Positions 41,794-52,608 of a DNA stretch of 64,000 bases are shown piece by piece. The DNA comes from Escherichia coli (GTDB lineage Bacteria > Pseudomonadota > Gammaproteobacteria > Enterobacterales > Enterobacteriaceae): assembly GCF_030013595.1 (NCBI RefSeq), contig NZ_CP122768.1. The stretch is one strand, 5' to 3'. The notes under the pieces were generated by a model. That model was given only the letters and a program-made list of their open reading frames with translations, searched no databases and was not told the DNA's origin. Within the stretch, counting starts at the first letter, position 1; the number at the start of each line of letters is the position of its first letter. Made by a program: the position numbers and the translations under genes.

Positions 41794-43647
41794 ATGAGAC
41801 GATTTCTGACGACGCTGATGATACTCCTGGTCGTGCTGGTGGCCGGGTTATCTGCGTTAGTGTTGCTGGTGAATCCGAATGATTTCCGCGACTATATGGT
41901 CAAGCAAGTTGCTGCACGTAGCGGTTATCAATTGCAGCTCGACGGGCCACTGCGTTGGCACGTCTGGCCGCAGCTTAGTATCCTCTCCGGGCGAATGTCT
42001 CTCACCGCCCAGGGCGCAAGCCAGCCACTGGTTCGCGCCGACAACATGCGTCTGGACGTGGCGCTTTTACCACTACTGAGTCATCAACTGAGCGTTAAGC
42101 AGGTGATGCTAAAAGGGGCAGTGATCCAACTGACGCCGCAGACGGAAGCGGTGCGCAGTGAAGACGCTCCGGTTGCACCGCGCGACAATACCTTGCCGGA
42201 TCTGTCAGACGATCGCGGATGGTCGTTTGATATATCCAGTCTTAAGGTGGCGGACAGCGTGCTGGTGTTCCAGCATGAAGATGACGAGCAGGTGACAATC
42301 CGCAATATTCGCCTGCAAATGGAACAAGATCCCCAACATCGTGGTTCATTTGAGTTCTCCGGGCGGGTTAATCGCGATCAGCGCGATCTCACGATATCCC
42401 TTAACGGTACGGTAGATGCTTCTGATTATCCGCATGATTTAACGGCGGCTATTGAACAAATTAACTGGCAGTTGCAGGGTGCCGATTTACCAAAACAAGG
42501 TATTCAGGGGCAGGGGAGTTTCCAGGCCCAGTGGCAGGAGTCACATAAACGCCTTTCATTTAACCAAATTAGTTTGACCGCCAATGATAGTACGCTAAGC
42601 GGGCAAGCACAGGTTACGCTGACAGAGAAACCGGAATGGCAGCTGAGGCTGCAATTCCCGCAACTGAATCTTGACAACCTCATCCCGCTTAATGAAACCG
42701 CGAATGGTGAAAACGGTGCCGCGCAGCAGGGGCAGAGCCAATCAACGTTGCCGCGCCCGGTCATTTCTTCGCGTATTGATGAACCGGCCTATCAGGGACT
42801 GCAAGGCTTTACGGCTGATATTTTGTTGCAGGCCAGTAACGTGCGCTGGCGCGGAATGAATTTTACAGATGTTGCCACGCAAATGACCAACAAGTCGGGT
42901 TTGCTGGAAATTACTCAACTGCAGGGCAAACTTAACGGTGGACAGGTTTCACTGCCGGGCACGCTGGACGCGACATCAATAAATCCGCGGATAAACTTCC
43001 AGCCACGGCTGGAAAACGTTGAGATTGGTACCATTCTGAAGGCGTTTAACTATCCGATTTCGTTGACCGGAAAAATGTCACTGGCTGGTGATTTCTCCGG
43101 TGCTGACATAGATGCCGACGCATTCCGCCACAACTGGCAAGGACAGGCACATGTCGAAATGACCGACACGCGCATGGAAGGGATGAACTTCCAGCAGATG
43201 ATTCAGCAAGCGGTAGAGCGTAATGGCGGTGATGTGAAGGCCGCTGAAAACTTTGATAACGTGACGCGGCTTGACCGCTTTACCACCGATTTGACGTTGA
43301 AGGATGGCGTCGTGACGTTAAACGACATGCAAGGTCAATCGCCTGTGCTGGCGCTGACAGGGGAAGGCATGTTGAATCTGGCAGATCAAACCTGCGACAC
43401 CCAGTTTGATATTCGGGTCGTGGGTGGCTGGAACGGGGAAAGCAAACTGATTGATTTCCTGAAAGAAACGCCAGTACCGCTGCGGGTTTATGGCAACTGG
43501 CAGCAACTCAATTACAGCCTGCAAGTGGATCAGTTACTGCGCAAACATCTACAGGACGAAGCGAAACGTCGCCTGAATGACTGGGCCGAGCGGAATAAAG
43601 ATTCCCGTAATGGCAAAGATGTGAAGAAGTTGCTTGAGAAGATGTAG
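41794..43647 (+). CDS. asmA: AsmA-family outer-membrane biogenesis protein
   Basis: 617-aa ORF with an N-terminal TM anchor (LTTLMILLVVLVAGLSALVLLV); recognised as AsmA. Confidence 0.9.
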   Translation: MRRFLTTLMILLVVLVAGLSALVLLVNPNDFRDYMVKQVAARSGYQLQLDGPLRWHVWPQLSILSGRMSLTAQGASQPLVRADNMRLDVALLPLLSHQLSVKQVMLKGAVIQLTPQTEAVRSEDAPVAPRDNTLPDLSDDRGWSFDISSLKVADSVLVFQHEDDEQVTIRNIRLQMEQDPQHRGSFEFSGRVNRDQRDLTISLNGTVDASDYPHDLTAAIEQINWQLQGADLPKQGIQGQGSFQAQWQESHKRLSFNQISLTANDSTLSGQAQVTLTEKPEWQLRLQFPQLNLDNLIPLNETANGENGAAQQGQSQSTLPRPVISSRIDEPAYQGLQGFTADILLQASNVRWRGMNFTDVATQMTNKSGLLEITQLQGKLNGGQVSLPGTLDATSINPRINFQPRLENVEIGTILKAFNYPISLTGKMSLAGDFSGADIDADAFRHNWQGQAHVEMTDTRMEGMNFQQMIQQAVERNGGDVKAAENFDNVTRLDRFTTDLTLKDGVVTLNDMQGQSPVLALTGEGMLNLADQTCDTQFDIRVVGGWNGESKLIDFLKETPVPLRVYGNWQQLNYSLQVDQLLRKHLQDEAKRRLNDWAERNKDSRNGKDVKKLLEKM

Positions 43648-43659
43648 GTTACCAGGTGA

Positions 43660-43700
43660 CCAGTCCTGTAGGCCTGATAAGACGCGTAAAGCGTCGCATC
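43660..43700. repeat. REP element
   Basis: GTAGGCCTGATAAGACGCG...CGTCGCATCAGGCG unit after asmA; a further 9-bp hairpin (CCAGGGTGG...CCACCCTGG) lies near 43805-43835. Confidence 0.6.
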
Positions 43701-43939
43701 AGGCGTTCGTGGCGGCATCATTATATTCTGAATATGTAAGATCGAAGGCTGTTCCGTTCACTTGATGTTCCTCGTTACTATGGAACGCTCAAGCCGGTGA
43801 ACGTGCCAGGGTGGCTCAATCGCCACCACCCTGGCAACCCGGGCCCACACCCCCGCTGTGATGTCCATGTACCACAGACAACGCTTCATTGCTGAAGTTA
43901 TAAGGCGTTACGCAGCATCGGGTAAAATGACCGATACCA

Positions 43940-45523
43940 TCACACCTCGTACTCCATCTCGCCATCCTTACGCAGCGGTATAATCTGCACCTTCTGCACG
44001 CGATGGCTTTCTACCTGCAACGTTTTAAGCAAATAATCCCCCACCTGAACTTCTTCGCCAGGTTTTGGAATACGCTGCAAATACTCCATCAACAGCCCGG
44101 CAATGGTGTGATATTCACGTTTTTCATCCAGCGGCAGCGGCACATATTGCACCAGATCCTCCAGCGGCATATGACCATTCGCCGTCCAGGAACCGTCCGC
44201 ATTCTTCTGAATATCATGGCGGGCGTCGATCTCTTCCACTTCGTTCGGTAAGTTACCGGCAATGGTTTCAGTGACGTCACTTAATGTCACAATCCCTTCC
44301 ACCGAGCCAAACTCATCCACCACAAAAGCAAAGTGCGTGCGGGCATTACGGAACTGCTCCAGGGCAGGTAACAACGGCAAGGTTTCCGGGAACACCAGCG
44401 GCTGGCGAATCAACACCCGCAGGTTGAGCGGTTCGCCGCGCAGAGACTGTTGTAGCAGGTCGATAACGTGAACAACACCGAGCAAATCTTCTGCGTCATC
44501 ACCGTCGGTAACCACCAGCCGCGTATGCTGATTTCGCTCCAGCAACTGGTGGATCTCGTCTTCCGGCGCGTTGAGATCGATATGCTCAATATCGTGGCGC
44601 GACGTCATAATGCTGCTGACGGTACGCTGGTTAAGATTTAGTACCCGCTCAATCATCCGCCGTTCCTGCGGATTAAAGATCTGCTGGTTACCATGATCCA
44701 CCAGCATGGACGCGGTTTCGGCGTCCAGTTCCGCATCTTCTTTTTGCCCGCTAAGCAGGCGCATTACCGCTTCGGTAGTCCGCTGGCGCAGCGTCTGGTT
44801 AGCGGAAAGAAAACGTCGCCGGTTAAAGATAGCCAACTGATTGAGCGCCTCGATCATCACCGAGAAACCAATGGCAGCGTACAGGTAGCCTTTCGGAATG
44901 ACGAAGCCGAAACCTTCTGCCACCAGGCTAAAGCCAATCATCAACAGGAAGCTTAAGCAGAGAATAACGATCGTCGGGTGACTGTTAACAAATTGCGTTA
45001 ACGGCTTGCTGGCCATCAACATCAGGCTGATAGCGATAACCACGGCGGCCATCATGACCAGTAAATGGTCGACCATCCCGACGGCGGTAATCACTGAGTC
45101 GAGTGAGAAAATGGCGTCCAGTACCACAATTTGCGTCACCACGCCCCAGAACTTCGCACCTTTGCGTTGTGTGGGATTATTGCTGTCTTTCCCTTCCAGC
45201 CGTTCGTTCAGCTCCATCGTGGCTTTGAACAACAGGAAGAAACCACCAAACAGCATGATTAAGTCGCGGGCACTAAAGGTAAACGAGCGGAAGCTGAACA
45301 GCGGTTGAGTCAGGGTGACCAGCCAGGAGATTGACGCCAGCAGTAACAGGCGCATTAACATTGCCAGCAGCAGCCCGGTAACCCGTGCGCGGTCACGCTG
45401 CTTCGGCGGTAGTTTTTCGGCGAGGATGGCAATAAAGACCAGGTTATCAATGCCGAGGACCAGTTCGATCACAATCAGCGTGATTAACCCGGCCCAGATA
45501 GACGGATCGGCAATCCATTCCAT
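43940..45523 (-). CDS. yegH: TerC-family integral membrane protein with C-terminal CBS/CorC domains (UPF0053)
   Basis: 527 aa from the ATG at 45523 ([32 protein letters not shown]...); the ORF track extends 22 codons further upstream. Confidence 0.85.
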   Translation of the reverse strand: MEWIADPSIWAGLITLIVIELVLGIDNLVFIAILAEKLPPKQRDRARVTGLLLAMLMRLLLLASISWLVTLTQPLFSFRSFTFSARDLIMLFGGFFLLFKATMELNERLEGKDSNNPTQRKGAKFWGVVTQIVVLDAIFSLDSVITAVGMVDHLLVMMAAVVIAISLMLMASKPLTQFVNSHPTIVILCLSFLLMIGFSLVAEGFGFVIPKGYLYAAIGFSVMIEALNQLAIFNRRRFLSANQTLRQRTTEAVMRLLSGQKEDAELDAETASMLVDHGNQQIFNPQERRMIERVLNLNQRTVSSIMTSRHDIEHIDLNAPEDEIHQLLERNQHTRLVVTDGDDAEDLLGVVHVIDLLQQSLRGEPLNLRVLIRQPLVFPETLPLLPALEQFRNARTHFAFVVDEFGSVEGIVTLSDVTETIAGNLPNEVEEIDARHDIQKNADGSWTANGHMPLEDLVQYVPLPLDEKREYHTIAGLLMEYLQRIPKPGEEVQVGDYLLKTLQVESHRVQKVQIIPLRKDGEMEYEV

Positions 45524-45991
45524 AGTAAGTACAAAACCTATTCGTTGTATGACAAATGTCACAATTCGATCATGGATAAATCGGGGCAAAAATGCAATGT
45601 TGCAGCACTATTTATCTCATATTATTTGAGGGTAATAACCTCACATTATCCCTGAATTAAAAGTGGTAATAATAAAACATTATTTAAGAAATATCGCATG
45701 TGGAGGCGCAATATTAAATATTGTCAACCTAAAGAAACTCCTAAAAACCATATTGAATGACACTTAATATAATTCTTAAAAATAGCCAATTGCCGAATTG
45801 TTACCTTGCCTGCTATTCCGTTAGCTGTAACACTTCCTCCTGCATTATTGGAGAGCCAATATTCAATTACCATAATGTCACCTTATATTCGGAAGTTAAT
45901 TTCCGCAATAACCCTTTCTCATCAACGATTGTATGCTGAGAGGGTGTGAAAAATTAAGCTAAATCAGTGTATTGGTAGCTAAAAAGCCAGG

Positions 45992-46003
45992 GGCGGTAGC
46001 GTG
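45992..46003 (+). promoter_or_regulatory. ops element (RfaH-dependent antitermination signal, within JUMPstart)
   Basis: Exact GGCGGTAGCGTG about 180 nt upstream of the wza start. Confidence 0.65.
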
Positions 46004-46181
46004 TCTGGATGCCTGAAAGACCAGTCTGAATTATTCTGTCAATAGCCTGCGGATGAAATCAATTTTTTTAGGACTGATGCCAGTTAAATTTTTATTCAAT
46101 TAACTGCAAGGTAAATGTGCATGGCGACATTGCTATTAATAGTGCACAGGATAATTACTCTGCCAAAGTGATAAATAAACA

Positions 46182-47321
46182 ATGATGAAATCCAAAATGA
46201 AATTGATGCCATTATTGGTGTCAGTAACCTTGATAAGCGGTTGCACAGTACTTCCGGGCAGCAATATGTCGACGATGGGCAAAGACGTCATCAAACAGCA
46301 GGACGCTGATTTCGATCTCGACAAAATGGTGAATGTTTATCCGTTGACCCCGCGCCTGATTGACCAATTACGTCCACGACCCAACGTAGCGCGCCCCAAT
46401 ATGACGCTGGAAAGCGAGATCGCGAATTACCAGTATCGCGTCGGGCCGGGCGACGTTCTGAATGTCACCGTCTGGGATCACCCGGAACTCACCACGCCAG
46501 CCGGTCAGTACCGCAGCTCCAGTGACACCGGCAACTGGGTACAGCCTGACGGCACTATGTTTTACCCGTATATCGGCAAGGTTCACGTAGTCGGGAAAAC
46601 GCTCGCTGAAATCCGCAGTGATATTACCGGGCGCTTAGCGACGTACATCGCTGACCCGCAGGTGGACGTTAATATCGCCGCCTTCCGCTCACAAAAGGCC
46701 TATATCTCCGGACAGGTGAATAAATCCGGTCAACAGGCGATCACCAACGTACCACTGACCATTCTCGACGCCATCAACGCCGCAGGTGGCCTGACCGACA
46801 CCGCTGACTGGCGCAACGTGGTGCTAACACACAATGGTCGTGAAGAACGCATTTCTTTGCAGGCGCTGATGCAAAACGGCGACCTCAATCAGAACCGACT
46901 GCTTTATCCCGGCGATATTCTCTACGTGCCGCGTAATGATGATCTGAAAGTGTTTGTGATGGGTGAAGTGAAGAAACAGAGCACCCTGAAAATGGACTTT
47001 AGCGGCATGACCCTGACTGAAGCCCTGGGCAATGCCGAAGGTATCGACATGACCACCTCCAACGCCAGCGGCATCTTTGTCATTCGTCCGCTGAAAGGCG
47101 AGGGCGGGCGTAATGGCAAGATTGCCAATATCTACCAGCTGGATATGTCCGATGCGACGTCGCTGGTGATGGCGACAGAATTCCGCCTGCAACCTTATGA
47201 CGTGGTGTATGTCACCACCGCCCCGGTTTCCCGCTGGAACCGTCTGATCAATCAGTTGCTGCCAACTATTAGCGGTGTCCGTTACATGACGGATACAGCC
47301 AGCGACATTCATAACTGGTAA
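46182..47321 (+). CDS. wza: outer-membrane polysaccharide export lipoprotein (colanic acid)
   Basis: 379-aa ORF with a lipobox (LISGC); recognised as Wza. Confidence 0.92.
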   Translation: MMKSKMKLMPLLVSVTLISGCTVLPGSNMSTMGKDVIKQQDADFDLDKMVNVYPLTPRLIDQLRPRPNVARPNMTLESEIANYQYRVGPGDVLNVTVWDHPELTTPAGQYRSSSDTGNWVQPDGTMFYPYIGKVHVVGKTLAEIRSDITGRLATYIADPQVDVNIAAFRSQKAYISGQVNKSGQQAITNVPLTILDAINAAGGLTDTADWRNVVLTHNGREERISLQALMQNGDLNQNRLLYPGDILYVPRNDDLKVFVMGEVKKQSTLKMDFSGMTLTEALGNAEGIDMTTSNASGIFVIRPLKGEGGRNGKIANIYQLDMSDATSLVMATEFRLQPYDVVYVTTAPVSRWNRLINQLLPTISGVRYMTDTASDIHNW

Positions 47322-47326
47322 TCGTC

Positions 47327-47770
47327 ATGTTTAACAACATATTAGTTGTCTGTGTCGGCAATATTTGCCGTTCCCCGACGGCGGAACGCTTACTGCAACG
47401 TTATCACCCGGAGCTGAAAGTGGAGTCCGCTGGACTCGGCGCGCTGGTCGGTAAGGGCGCTGATCCTACCGCTATCAGCGTCGCCGCAGAACATCAACTG
47501 TCTCTGGAAGGTCACTGTGCCCGTCAAATCAGCCGCCGTCTGTGTCGCAACTACGACCTGATTTTGACCATGGAAAAGCGCCATATCGAACGCTTATGCG
47601 AGATGGCACCCGAGATGCGCGGCAAAGTGATGCTGTTTGGTCACTGGGATAACGAATGTGAAATCCCCGATCCGTATCGCAAAAGCCGGGAAACGTTTGC
47701 AGCGGTGTACACATTACTTGAACGGTCTGCCCGCCAGTGGGCGCAGGCATTGAACGCAGAGCAGGTATAA
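47327..47770 (+). CDS. wzb: low-molecular-weight protein-tyrosine phosphatase
   Basis: 147-aa ORF with the CVGNICRS active-site loop. Confidence 0.92.
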   Translation: MFNNILVVCVGNICRSPTAERLLQRYHPELKVESAGLGALVGKGADPTAISVAAEHQLSLEGHCARQISRRLCRNYDLILTMEKRHIERLCEMAPEMRGKVMLFGHWDNECEIPDPYRKSRETFAAVYTLLERSARQWAQALNAEQV

Positions 47771-47772
47771 GA

Positions 47773-49935
47773 ATGACAGAAAAAGTAAAACAACATGCCG
47801 CTCCGGTAACGGGCAGTGATGAAATCGATATTGGTCGCCTGGTCGGTACAGTCATTGAAGCGCGCTGGTGGGTGATTGGCATCACCGCCGTATTTGCCCT
47901 CTGTGCTGTGGTTTACACCTTCTTCGCCACGCCGATTTATAGTGCCGACGCACTGGTACAAATCGAGCAAAACAGCGGCAATTCGTTAGTGCAGGACATT
48001 GGTTCGGCATTAGCCAATAAACCGCCAGCATCGGACGCCGAGATCCAGTTGATTCGTTCGCGTCTGGTGCTTGGTAAAACGGTGGACGATCTCGACCTCG
48101 ATATTGCGGTGAGCAAAAACACGTTCCCGATTTTCGGTGCGGGTTGGGATCGCCTGATGGGACGTCAGAACGAGACGGTGAAAGTGACCACCTTTAACCG
48201 CCCGAAAGAGATGGCGGACCAGGTGTTTACGCTTAATGTGCTGGATGACAAAAACTACACCCTGAGCAGCGACGGCGGCTTTAGCGCCCGGGGGCAAGCG
48301 GGCCAGATGCTGAAAAAAGAAGGCGTCACGCTGATGGTTGAAGCCATTCACGCCAGCCCGGGCAGTGAGTTTACCGTCACCAAATACTCCACGCTGGGGA
48401 TGATCAACCAACTGCAAAACAGCCTGACGGTAACGGAGAACGGCAAAGACGCTGGCGTTTTGAGCCTGACTTATACCGGTGAAGATCGTGAACAGATCCG
48501 CGACATTCTTAACAGCATCGCCCGTAACTATCAGGAACAAAATATTGAGCGCAAATCGGCGGAAGCGTCGAAAAGCCTCGCCTTCCTCGCGCAACAGTTA
48601 CCGGAAGTACGTAGCCGCTTGGATGTTGCCGAAAACAAACTGAATGCCTTCCGTCAGGATAAAGATTCTGTTGATCTGCCGCTGGAAGCGAAAGCGGTGC
48701 TCGATTCGATGGTGAACATCGACGCCCAGTTGAACGAACTGACCTTTAAAGAGGCGGAAATCTCCAAGCTGTACACCAAAGTTCACCCGGCGTACCGCAC
48801 GCTGCTGGAGAAACGTCAGGCGCTGGAAGACGAAAAAGCCAAACTTAACGGTCGCGTAACGGCGATGCCGAAAACCCAGCAGGAGATTGTCCGTCTGACC
48901 CGCGATGTCGAGTCTGGTCAGCAGGTCTATATGCAACTGCTGAATAAAGAGCAGGAGCTGAAAATCACCGAAGCCAGCACCGTCGGCGATGTGCGCATTG
49001 TTGACCCGGCAATCACTCAGCCTGGTGTGCTAAAACCGAAGAAAGGGCTGATTATCCTTGGGGCGATTATTCTTGGCCTGATGCTCTCTATCGTGGGTGT
49101 GCTGCTGCGCTCGTTGTTTAATCGCGGCATCGAAAGCCCGCAGGTGCTGGAAGAACACGGTATCAGCGTCTATGCCAGCATCCCGTTGTCGGAATGGCAG
49201 AAAGCGCGCGATAGCGTCAAAACCATCAAAGGGATTAAACGCTATAAACAGAGCCAGCTACTGGCGGTGGGGAATCCAACCGATCTGGCGATTGAAGCCA
49301 TCCGCAGTCTGCGTACCAGTCTGCACTTCGCGATGATGCAGGCGCAGAACAATGTGTTGATGATGACCGGGGTTAGCCCGTCAATCGGTAAAACCTTTGT
49401 CTGCGCCAACCTGGCGGCGGTGATCAGCCAGACCAATAAACGCGTGTTGTTGATCGACTGCGATATGCGCAAAGGCTACACCCACGAGCTGTTGGGCACC
49501 AATAACGTCAATGGCCTGTCGGAAATTCTGATTGGTCAGGGCGATATTACTACCGCAGCTAAACCGACCTCTATTGCCAAATTTGACCTGATCCCGCGCG
49601 GTCAGGTGCCGCCAAATCCTTCTGAACTGTTGATGAGCGAACGCTTTGCCGAACTGGTGAACTGGGCGAGTAAAAACTATGACCTGGTGTTGATTGATAC
49701 GCCGCCGATTCTGGCAGTGACCGATGCGGCAATTGTTGGTCGTCACGCTGGAACCACGTTAATGGTGGCGCGTTATGCGGTCAACACCTTGAAAGAAGTG
49801 GAAACCAGTCTGAGCCGCTTTGAGCAAAACGGTATTCCGGTGAAAGGGGTGATTCTGAACTCCATCTTCCGCCGCGCCAGCGCGTATCAGGATTATGGCT
49901 ATTACGAATACGAATATAAGTCGGACGCGAAATAA
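47773..49935 (+). CDS. wzc: tyrosine autokinase / polysaccharide co-polymerase
   Basis: 720 aa from the ATG at 47773 (MTEKVKQHAAPVTGSDEIDIG...); Walker A (SPSIGKT) and a C-terminal Tyr-rich tail (YQDYGYYEYEYKSD). Confidence 0.92.
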   Translation: MTEKVKQHAAPVTGSDEIDIGRLVGTVIEARWWVIGITAVFALCAVVYTFFATPIYSADALVQIEQNSGNSLVQDIGSALANKPPASDAEIQLIRSRLVLGKTVDDLDLDIAVSKNTFPIFGAGWDRLMGRQNETVKVTTFNRPKEMADQVFTLNVLDDKNYTLSSDGGFSARGQAGQMLKKEGVTLMVEAIHASPGSEFTVTKYSTLGMINQLQNSLTVTENGKDAGVLSLTYTGEDREQIRDILNSIARNYQEQNIERKSAEASKSLAFLAQQLPEVRSRLDVAENKLNAFRQDKDSVDLPLEAKAVLDSMVNIDAQLNELTFKEAEISKLYTKVHPAYRTLLEKRQALEDEKAKLNGRVTAMPKTQQEIVRLTRDVESGQQVYMQLLNKEQELKITEASTVGDVRIVDPAITQPGVLKPKKGLIILGAIILGLMLSIVGVLLRSLFNRGIESPQVLEEHGISVYASIPLSEWQKARDSVKTIKGIKRYKQSQLLAVGNPTDLAIEAIRSLRTSLHFAMMQAQNNVLMMTGVSPSIGKTFVCANLAAVISQTNKRVLLIDCDMRKGYTHELLGTNNVNGLSEILIGQGDITTAAKPTSIAKFDLIPRGQVPPNPSELLMSERFAELVNWASKNYDLVLIDTPPILAVTDAAIVGRHAGTTLMVARYAVNTLKEVETSLSRFEQNGIPVKGVILNSIFRRASAYQDYGYYEYEYKSDAK

Positions 49936-49944
49936 CGAGATCCG

Positions 49945-50005
49945 CTGTCGGATGCGATGCTGACGCATCTTATCCGACTTACGCTCACGCCGCATCCGGC
50001 AACAG
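49945..50005. repeat. REP element
   Basis: Palindromic CGGATGCG...GCATCTTATCCGAC...CGCATCCGGCA units after wzc. Confidence 0.6.
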
Positions 50006-50063
50006 AACCCGTAAACAAGCTTATAAACCGGCAGAACATCTCGACACTCCGGGAGAACAACCT

Positions 50064-50903
50064 ATGAAAGACAATCCGCTGATCTCAATCTATATGCCGA
50101 CCTGGAACCGCCAACAACTGGCGATTCGGGCAATAAAATCGGTTTTGCGCCAGGACTACAGCAACTGGGAGATGATCATCGTGGATGATTGCTCCACCTC
50201 CTGGGAACAACTGCAACAGTACGTCACTGCCCTCAACGATCCGCGTATTACCTACATTCACAACGACATTAACAGCGGGGCGTGCGCGGTACGTAACCAG
50301 GCGATTATGCTGGCGCAAGGGGAATACATCACCGGGATCGATGATGATGATGAATGGACACCCAACCGTCTGAGCGTCTTCCTCGCCCATAAACAGCAAC
50401 TGGTCACTCACGCCTTTTTGTACGCTAACGACTACGTTTGCCAGGGCGAAGTCTATTCCCAACCAGCAAGTTTGCCGCTATATCCCAAATCGCCGTATTC
50501 ACGCCGCCTGTTCTACAAACGCAATATCATTGGCAACCAGGTCTTTACCTGGGCATGGCGTTTCAAAGAGTGTTTGTTCGATACCGAACTGAAAGCGGCA
50601 CAGGATTACGACATCTTCCTGCGGATGGTGGTGGAGTACGGCGAACCGTGGAAAGTAGAAGAGGCGACGCAGATCCTGCATATCAATCACGGTGAAATGC
50701 AGATCACCTCGTCACCGAAAAAATTCTCCGGATACTTCCACTTTTACCGCAAGCACAAAGACAAATTCGACCGTGCCAGTAAAAAATATCAGCTGTTTAC
50801 CCTCTACCAGATCCGCAATAAACGTATGACCTGGCGCACTTTGCTGACGCTGCTGTCGGTGCGTAACGGCAAACGTCTGGCTGATGGTATTCGGGGGCGC
50901 TAA
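50064..50903 (+). CDS. wcaA: colanic acid biosynthesis glycosyltransferase (GT2)
   Basis: 279-aa ORF with GT2 motifs (ISIYMPTWN, DDCS); first in the conserved wca gene order. Confidence 0.9.
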   Translation: MKDNPLISIYMPTWNRQQLAIRAIKSVLRQDYSNWEMIIVDDCSTSWEQLQQYVTALNDPRITYIHNDINSGACAVRNQAIMLAQGEYITGIDDDDEWTPNRLSVFLAHKQQLVTHAFLYANDYVCQGEVYSQPASLPLYPKSPYSRRLFYKRNIIGNQVFTWAWRFKECLFDTELKAAQDYDIFLRMVVEYGEPWKVEEATQILHINHGEMQITSSPKKFSGYFHFYRKHKDKFDRASKKYQLFTLYQIRNKRMTWRTLLTLLSVRNGKRLADGIRGR

Positions 50904-50905
50904 AG

Positions 50906-51394
50906 ATGCTGGAAGATCTACGCGCCAACAGCTGGAGTTTACGCCCGTGCTGCATGGTTCTTGCCTATCGCGTCGCTCATTTTTGTTCGGTGTGGCGCAA
51001 AAAGAACGTTCTCAACAATCTGTGGGCGGCCCCGCTGCTGGTGCTGTATCGCATTATCACCGAATGCTTTTTCGGTTATGAAATCCAGGCTGCCGCGACC
51101 ATTGGCCGCCGCTTTACTATCCATCACGGTTACGCCGTAGTGATCAATAAAAACGTGGTAGCGGGGGATGATTTCACCATTCGCCACGGCGTCACTATCG
51201 GCAATCGGGGGGCCGATAACATGGCATGTCCACACATTGGCAACGGCGTCGAACTCGGTGCCAACGTCATTATTCTTGGTGATATCACGCTTGGTAACAA
51301 CGTCACCGTGGGCGCGGGCAGCGTGGTGCTCGACTCTGTCCCGGACAACGCGCTGGTGGTGGGAGAAAAAGCGCGAGTGAAGGTAATTAAATGA
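50906..51394 (+). CDS. wcaB: colanic acid biosynthesis acetyltransferase (hexapeptide repeat)
   Basis: 162-aa ORF with left-handed beta-helix repeats. Confidence 0.9.
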   Translation: MLEDLRANSWSLRPCCMVLAYRVAHFCSVWRKKNVLNNLWAAPLLVLYRIITECFFGYEIQAAATIGRRFTIHHGYAVVINKNVVAGDDFTIRHGVTIGNRGADNMACPHIGNGVELGANVIILGDITLGNNVTVGAGSVVLDSVPDNALVVGEKARVKVIK

Positions 51395-52608
51395 ATATTT
51401 TGCAATTTAATGTGCGACTGGCGGAAGGCGGGGCAGCAGGTGTGGCGTTAGATCTCCACCAGCGTGCGCTGCAACAGGGGCTGGCGTCACATTTTGTCTA
51501 CGGTTACGGCAAAGGCGGCAAAGAGAGCGTCAGCCATCAGAACTATCCGCAGGTCATCAAACATACGCCGCGGATGACCGCGATGGCGAATATTGCTCTG
51601 TTTCGTCTGTTTAATCGCGATCTGTTTGGCAATTTCAATGAGTTATATCGCACCATTACTCGCACAGCGGGTCCGGTGGTCCTGCATTTTCATGTGCTGC
51701 ACAGCTACTGGCTAAATCTTAAGAGCGTGGTGCGCTTTTGCGAAAAAGTGAAAAACCATAAACCGGACGTCACTCTGGTCTGGACGCTGCACGACCACTG
51801 GAGTGTTACCGGACGCTGCGCCTTTACCGACGGTTGCGAAGGCTGGAAAACAGGCTGCCAGAAATGCCCGACCTTAAATAACTATCCGCCGGTGAAGATT
51901 GATCGCGCACACCAACTGGTGGCGGGCAAACGCCAGTTATTCCGTGAGATGCTGGCGCTGGGCTGTCAGTTTATTTCCCCCAGCCAGCATGTGGCTGACG
52001 CTTTCAATAGCCTGTACGGTCCAGGGCGTTGCCGGATTATCAATAATGGCATTGATATGGCAACTGAAGCGATTCTGGCGGACTTGCCTCCGGTGCGCGA
52101 AACCCAGGGCAAGCCGAAAATCGCGGTGGTGGCGCATGATCTGCGTTACGACGGCAAAACTAACCAGCAACTGGTACGCGAGATGATGGCGCTGGGCGAC
52201 AAAATTGAACTGCATACCTTTGGTAAGTTCTCGCCGTTCACCGCTGGCAACGTGGTTAATCACGGCTTTGAAACCGACAAACGTAAGCTGATGAGCGCGC
52301 TCAATCAGATGGATGCGCTGGTATTCAGTTCTCGCGTCGATAACTACCCGCTGATTTTGTGTGAGGCGCTATCGATTGGCGTGCCGGTGATTGCCACCCA
52401 TAGCGATGCGGCGCGGGAAGTGTTGCAAAAATCCGGCGGTAAAACCGTCAGCGAAGAAGAGGTGCTGCAACTGGTGCAGTTAAGCAAACCGGAAATCGCG
52501 CAGGCGATATTTGGTACCACGCTGGCTGAGTTCAGCCAACGCAGCCGTGCCGCTTACAGTGGACAACAGATGCTGGAGGAGTATGTCAACTTCTATCAGA
52601 ATCTGTAG
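51391..52608 (+). CDS. wcaC: colanic acid biosynthesis glycosyltransferase (GT4)
   Basis: 405-aa ORF; 4-nt overlap with wcaB. Confidence 0.9.
   Translation: MNILQFNVRLAEGGAAGVALDLHQRALQQGLASHFVYGYGKGGKESVSHQNYPQVIKHTPRMTAMANIALFRLFNRDLFGNFNELYRTITRTAGPVVLHFHVLHSYWLNLKSVVRFCEKVKNHKPDVTLVWTLHDHWSVTGRCAFTDGCEGWKTGCQKCPTLNNYPPVKIDRAHQLVAGKRQLFREMLALGCQFISPSQHVADAFNSLYGPGRCRIINNGIDMATEAILADLPPVRETQGKPKIAVVAHDLRYDGKTNQQLVREMMALGDKIELHTFGKFSPFTAGNVVNHGFETDKRKLMSALNQMDALVFSSRVDNYPLILCEALSIGVPVIATHSDAAREVLQKSGGKTVSEEEVLQLVQLSKPEIAQAIFGTTLAEFSQRSRAAYSGQQMLEEYVNFYQNL

Noticed and set aside
48010-48594. 194-aa minus-strand ORF inside wzc
   Set aside because: Antisense to wzc, no ribosome-binding site, Arg-rich low-complexity product.
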